Below are positions 60,311-64,000 of a stretch of DNA of 64,000 nt, piece after piece (position 1 is the stretch's first letter; every line of letters starts with the position of its first letter). Position numbers and translations under genes: made by a program. The notes beneath the pieces are model-generated. The model saw nothing but the letters and a program-made list of their open reading frames with translations. It searched no databases and was not told the origin of the DNA. The DNA comes from an uncultured delta proteobacterium (GTDB lineage Bacteria > Myxococcota_A > Polyangia > Polyangiales > Polyangiaceae): contig CAWJCS010000002.1 of the NCBI GenBank assembly GCA_963841435.1, positions 672,001-736,000 of the forward strand, in the 5' to 3' direction.

Positions 60311-61376
60311 GCAACATCAAGAGCGGGAAAGCGAGGATCGCACCCGGCAGGGACCACAGCCAAACCCAAACCGCGAGCCAGACGAAACACCACGAGCGGG
60401 CTCACACGGAGCGTGCGGCCGAGCAAGAGCGGAGTCACGATGTTCCCCACGATCACCGACAGCGCAAGGTAGACGAGCGGCGGTGCGAGGACCGTGCCCG
60501 TCGTTTGGAACGTCACGAACGCCGCCAGTGCGACGAGGCCGATGCCAATGGCGGGACCCAGGTACGGAACGTAGGTCAAGAGCGCCGCGATGCCGCCCCA
60601 GAGCCACGGATTCGGCATGCCCAGCAGAAACAGCGCTCCTGTGAGCGCCATGCCGAGGCCCAGGTTGATCAACGTGACGGTGCGAAGGTACCGGCTCATG
60701 CGCGCGGTCACCTTGTCGAGGACGAGTGCCGCCTGCTGGGATGGGGTCGAAGCGGAAGCGGTTCGGGACAATCGTCCGATCAGGTTGTCGGCCTCCGTCA
60801 GCAGGAAGTACGAAAGAACCATGGTCAGTACGAGCTGGGTCGTGAACGTCGCTGCTCCCCCGACCAGTCCCCTCAGTTGTCCTCGGCCCACCGTCGCGAC
60901 GTGCAAGACCTTGTCCGCGCCGATTTTTTCGGCCGCTTCCGCTGCTGTCTGGAGCAGAGGCGACGCGAGGTTGAGCGGGTAGCTGAGGCTGCGGCTTCGT
61001 GCTTCGAGCCCGTGGAGGGCGTTCGGCAAGCGCCCGGCCCAGGCGGAGGCGGGTGCCGCGAGCTCGAGCGCGCCGAAAGCAAGCGCTCCCAGTGCGGCTC
61101 CGAGAACCAGTGTGCTCCCGACCAGGCGCGGCACGTGGCACCACGCGAGCGCCCTGACCACGGGTCGCAGCAAGAAGTAAAGCATCACTGCGAACGTGAG
61201 CGGAAGAGGATGCTACGCATCGCGTACGAGGTTGCCAGCACGCTGATGCAGAGCAACCCGGGTAGCACCAACGACCGAAACGGTGCCTGCTCGAACGTGA
61301 GCTCCAATCGCCGCGCCAACGACGGTCGCTGGGAGCGCGCGGTGGGAGTTTGGCCAGCGGGTACCTCGGAGCTCAT
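60063..61376 (-). pseudogene. AI-2E family transporter with two frameshifts
   Basis: Motifs YLRTVTLINLGLG, GMPNPWLWG, YVPYLGP, GNIVTPLLLG; N-terminus in ORF 61185-61565, C-terminus (VWLAVWVWLWSLPGAILAFPLL) in frame of ORF 60063-60320; indels near 61202 and 60386. Confidence 0.8.
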
Positions 61377-61416
61377 GGTGCGTCGCTCATTCCCTGGCCG
61401 AGCTGACCACCCCCGG

Positions 61417-61707
61417 TCAGGCGAGTCCCGGAGCCGGGGTCCAGCGCGTTCGCGCCCCACGCATCGCGGTCTGTGCGATTCGACGGAGCAACGGGGCATC
61501 GCAGCCGATCCGCGAGACGACGCGCAACGACCCACCGTCGCGGAAGCTGCCCATCGGCACGTCATCGAGCACGCGGACGGCGTCGTAGCTTCCGTTCGCC
61601 AGCGCGACGATCCGATAGGTCATTCCAGAGACCTGCACCATGCTCACGAAGTCTCCCGTTGCTCGTCGAGCAGGTGGTTGACCGGTTGCCGTTCTATCTG
61701 AGTCCAA
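61417..61707 (-). CDS. Small hypothetical protein
   Basis: VQVSGMTYRIV...YDAVRVLDDVPMGSF; co-oriented with AI-2E gene, downstream of two sigma54-like motifs; start uncertain. Confidence 0.55.
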   Translation of the reverse strand: MDSDRTATGQPPARRATGDFVSMVQVSGMTYRIVALANGSYDAVRVLDDVPMGSFRDGGSLRVVSRIGCDAPLLRRIAQTAMRGARTRWTPAPGLA

Positions 61708-61780
61708 TTCATAGCGTGCTTCATTCGTGGTCGGCCGGCGTGGGCAGCGTGAAGAGCTGCACCGGCTCGCTTAGGCTCTC

Positions 61781-61843
61781 AGCACGTTCCATGCCGCCGA
61801 GGGTTTCGCCGAATATCCCACCCTTCGGCACACGTCATGCCAA
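61781..61843 (-). promoter_or_regulatory. Two tandem sigma54-like -24/-12 motifs
   Basis: TTGGCATG-ACGT-GTGC (61843-61828) and CGGCATG-GAAC-GTGCT (61796-61781). Confidence 0.55.
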
Positions 61844-61953
61844 GGAGGCCATCATCATGAGCGAGTTGGCTACTCCGATTCGACGGGGTGTTCGCGCGGG
61901 GGCGGACGCAGAGCGAGCGCGACCCCGGATTCGCGACCGCGCGGCGGTGGGCC

Positions 61954-63540
61954 CTACTGGGCTCGGTCTTCGGCAGAGCTCGCACAGAGCGACAATGAGG
62001 CTTTGAGCTCGTCGTCGAGCGGGGCGTTGAAGAGCTCGAAGTGTCGGTTGTAGCCCTGATAGCCGATGAGCACACCGAAGACGATGCTGACCACGCCCAG
62101 CGTGGCGAAAAGCGCGCTCGTGAAGCGGGGTGTGTACCGACCGAGCCGGTGAGATCGTAGCGCGAAGCCTCCGAGCAACGCGAGGAGCACGATGCCGAAA
62201 GAGACGTCGTTCAGGTAACGCATCGTCGCCAGGTAGAGCCCGAGCGCGACGACGCCGCTCAGGCTGGCGAGTGCGGCGAAGCAAACGAGGCACCACAGGT
62301 AGGCGCGGGTGCGACGCGCGTCGAGACCGAGCGGTCGCGGCACGAGCAGGAACGCGAACGGCAGGAGCCAGCTCGACGGCACCGCGCGGAGCCAGCCGAT
62401 CACGGGCTCTTCCGCCATGTAGTCGGAGGGAAGCCTGAAGCCGTTCGGGAAGGCGCCAGCGCCCTGGTGCCAGGCCTGGAACACGTAAGGAAACTCACAG
62501 GACGTTTCGAAGCTTCGCAGCGCATACGAGTAGAGGTTCGGCAAGAGGTACCGCGGCGACAGGCGAAAGAGCGGGTAACCCGAGAGCTGCACGCCCGTGC
62601 CGAACTCGAAATAGCTGTCGAAGCGCGCCTTGTTGTAAAGGAGCAGCGACAACCCGACGACGGCGAGCGGCCCGCCGAGCACGAGCACGTTCACGAGCGA
62701 GCGGCGTGCTCGCCCGCCGTTCCAGCCCTCGCAAACGGCCGTCGCTACGACGAAAAGCGCGATGGCCGGGGCGACACTGACGCGCGAGCCCAGCGCGAGC
62801 GACCACGCCACTCCGGCCAAAAACAGCCGAACGCGCCGGGCCCGCGGCGTTCCGGCGTCCCAGACGGCGTCGAATGCCGCGAGCAGCCCGACCAAGAGCC
62901 ACGCCTGCGCCGCCATGATGGCCGCGTGGTACGTGCTGCCGGTCGTGACGGCGTGAAGCGCGGGGTTCGCGAAGGCGAGGACGAGCACCGCGAGGACGAC
63001 CAGCCAGCGGGGCACCGGGCTGAACAGGCGCGTCGCCATTCGTTCCACGATCAGCGCGCCGGCCCAGAACGCGACACACGACGAGACGACGCAAACGTAC
63101 TGATCGCCGAGTAGGTATTCGATGCCCAGGAGCTCTTTGACCAGGGACAGCAGGAGGGCGGGCACGGGCCCCCAGTAAATGTAGTAGCGCCCCGCGTAGT
63201 AGCTCGAGTCGAGGGCCCAGCTGCCGTCGTCGCCGGAAAGCGGATCGGGCAGTGGCCCGGTGGCAATGTAGAGCTTGCCGTGCCGAAAGGCTTCCGCGAG
63301 TAGGTCGTGGTACGCGCCGTAGCTCGGCAGGTCGATATGGCCGGCTCCCGCGAAAACTCGGTAGATCCACCAAACGCACGGAATGAGCACGAAGAGCCAG
63401 AGTCGCGAGCGTTCCCGCGCCAGGCGCGCGGCGAGCACACTTCCGGAGGGCGGCTCGAGTCGAGTGACGACGCCGAGGGCGCGATTGAGCGCGCGGCGCA
63501 AGGCGGATGGCGCGCGCGGGGCGCTTGCGGCGCTCGGCAT
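61954..63540 (-). CDS. Polytopic membrane protein, GT-C-like glycosyltransferase candidate
   Basis: LAEAFRHGKL..DSSYYAGRYYIYWGPVPALLL; LGSR; YNKARFDS.FEFG; TMRY; ~11 hydrophobic segments. Confidence 0.7.
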   Translation of the reverse strand: MPSAASAPRAPSALRRALNRALGVVTRLEPPSGSVLAARLARERSRLWLFVLIPCVWWIYRVFAGAGHIDLPSYGAYHDLLAEAFRHGKLYIATGPLPDPLSGDDGSWALDSSYYAGRYYIYWGPVPALLLSLVKELLGIEYLLGDQYVCVVSSCVAFWAGALIVERMATRLFSPVPRWLVVLAVLVLAFANPALHAVTTGSTYHAAIMAAQAWLLVGLLAAFDAVWDAGTPRARRVRLFLAGVAWSLALGSRVSVAPAIALFVVATAVCEGWNGGRARRSLVNVLVLGGPLAVVGLSLLLYNKARFDSYFEFGTGVQLSGYPLFRLSPRYLLPNLYSYALRSFETSCEFPYVFQAWHQGAGAFPNGFRLPSDYMAEEPVIGWLRAVPSSWLLPFAFLLVPRPLGLDARRTRAYLWCLVCFAALASLSGVVALGLYLATMRYLNDVSFGIVLLALLGGFALRSHRLGRYTPRFTSALFATLGVVSIVFGVLIGYQGYNRHFELFNAPLDDELKASLSLCASSAEDRAQ

Positions 63541-63732
63541 GGACTCCACGCTCGTCGTACCACGGTCTCGCCTGTTCGCGCGTGGTTGCCATTCGCGAAA
63601 TGTGCACGACCAACGAGAAGAAAACGCTCGCGCCGTGCCTGCCCCACGTTCGCTCGCGCTACTACAATGGCTGACTAGACGGTGGAGACCCTCGGGAAAC
63701 AACGGGCGCTTGCGTCACCGGCGTCGCACGCG

Positions 63733-64000
63733 ATGAGGGCGCGCTTGGTCGGGCTTTTTCGCAGGGACAGGACGCGTACTGGGGTGGCGCCGCACGCGGC
63801 GTCGTTGCGTTTCGTCGAGCTCGTTGGGCGCGCGCGACGTGCCAGCGAGCTCGGGGATCTCACGTTGCATCCCTCCGAGCTCTTGGCACACGGCGGCGGT
63901 GCTGCCCTGGCGTGCGATCTTTATCGCCAGTCCATCCATTGGGCACTGCTCGCCCACGGCGAGCTCGCGTCCGAAAACGCCCCCGACCAAGTCGGCGGTT
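63733..64000 (+). CDS. Partial CDS running off the window end (not in ORF track)
   Basis: ATG 63733 opens a stop-free frame MRARLVGLF...ACDLYRQSIHWALLAH...; divergent from the membrane protein gene. Confidence 0.6.
   Translation, partial: MRARLVGLFRRDRTRTGVAPHAASLRFVELVGRARRASELGDLTLHPSELLAHGGGAALACDLYRQSIHWALLAHGELASENAPDQVGG

Overview
GC-rich bacterial DNA whose gene families (Gly-linker lipoproteins, zinc-ribbon/GYF protein, TSP3-OmpA, ECF module) point to a myxobacterium, probably Polyangiaceae-like (inference). About 50 CDSs are supportable; no rRNA, tRNA, CRISPR array, transposase or integrase was seen. Core genes: a divergent glmS, M1 aminopeptidase, recD2, a MacAB-type ABC system, tyrS, proS, a trans-sulfuration enzyme, sulfite/nitrite reductase, dapD/dapE, ndk, sucCD and a SNF2 helicase. 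Accessory loci: a Fur-boxed iron operon, two pectate lyase lipoproteins and an ECF sigma module. The best candidate for an undescribed system is the ~55.3-61.9 kb block: a lipoprotein C39 peptidase next to a Sec-exported precursor ending in FRGG followed by 24 hydrophobic residues, coupled to an OM beta-barrel and an AsmA-like protein, flanked by lmo0937-like, PP2C and AI-2E genes, with five sigma54-like promoter motifs. Also notable: dapE runs in frame into a lipoprotein-like domain with its own candidate internal start, and two genes are frameshifted. All family calls come from motif recognition by eye, not database searches.
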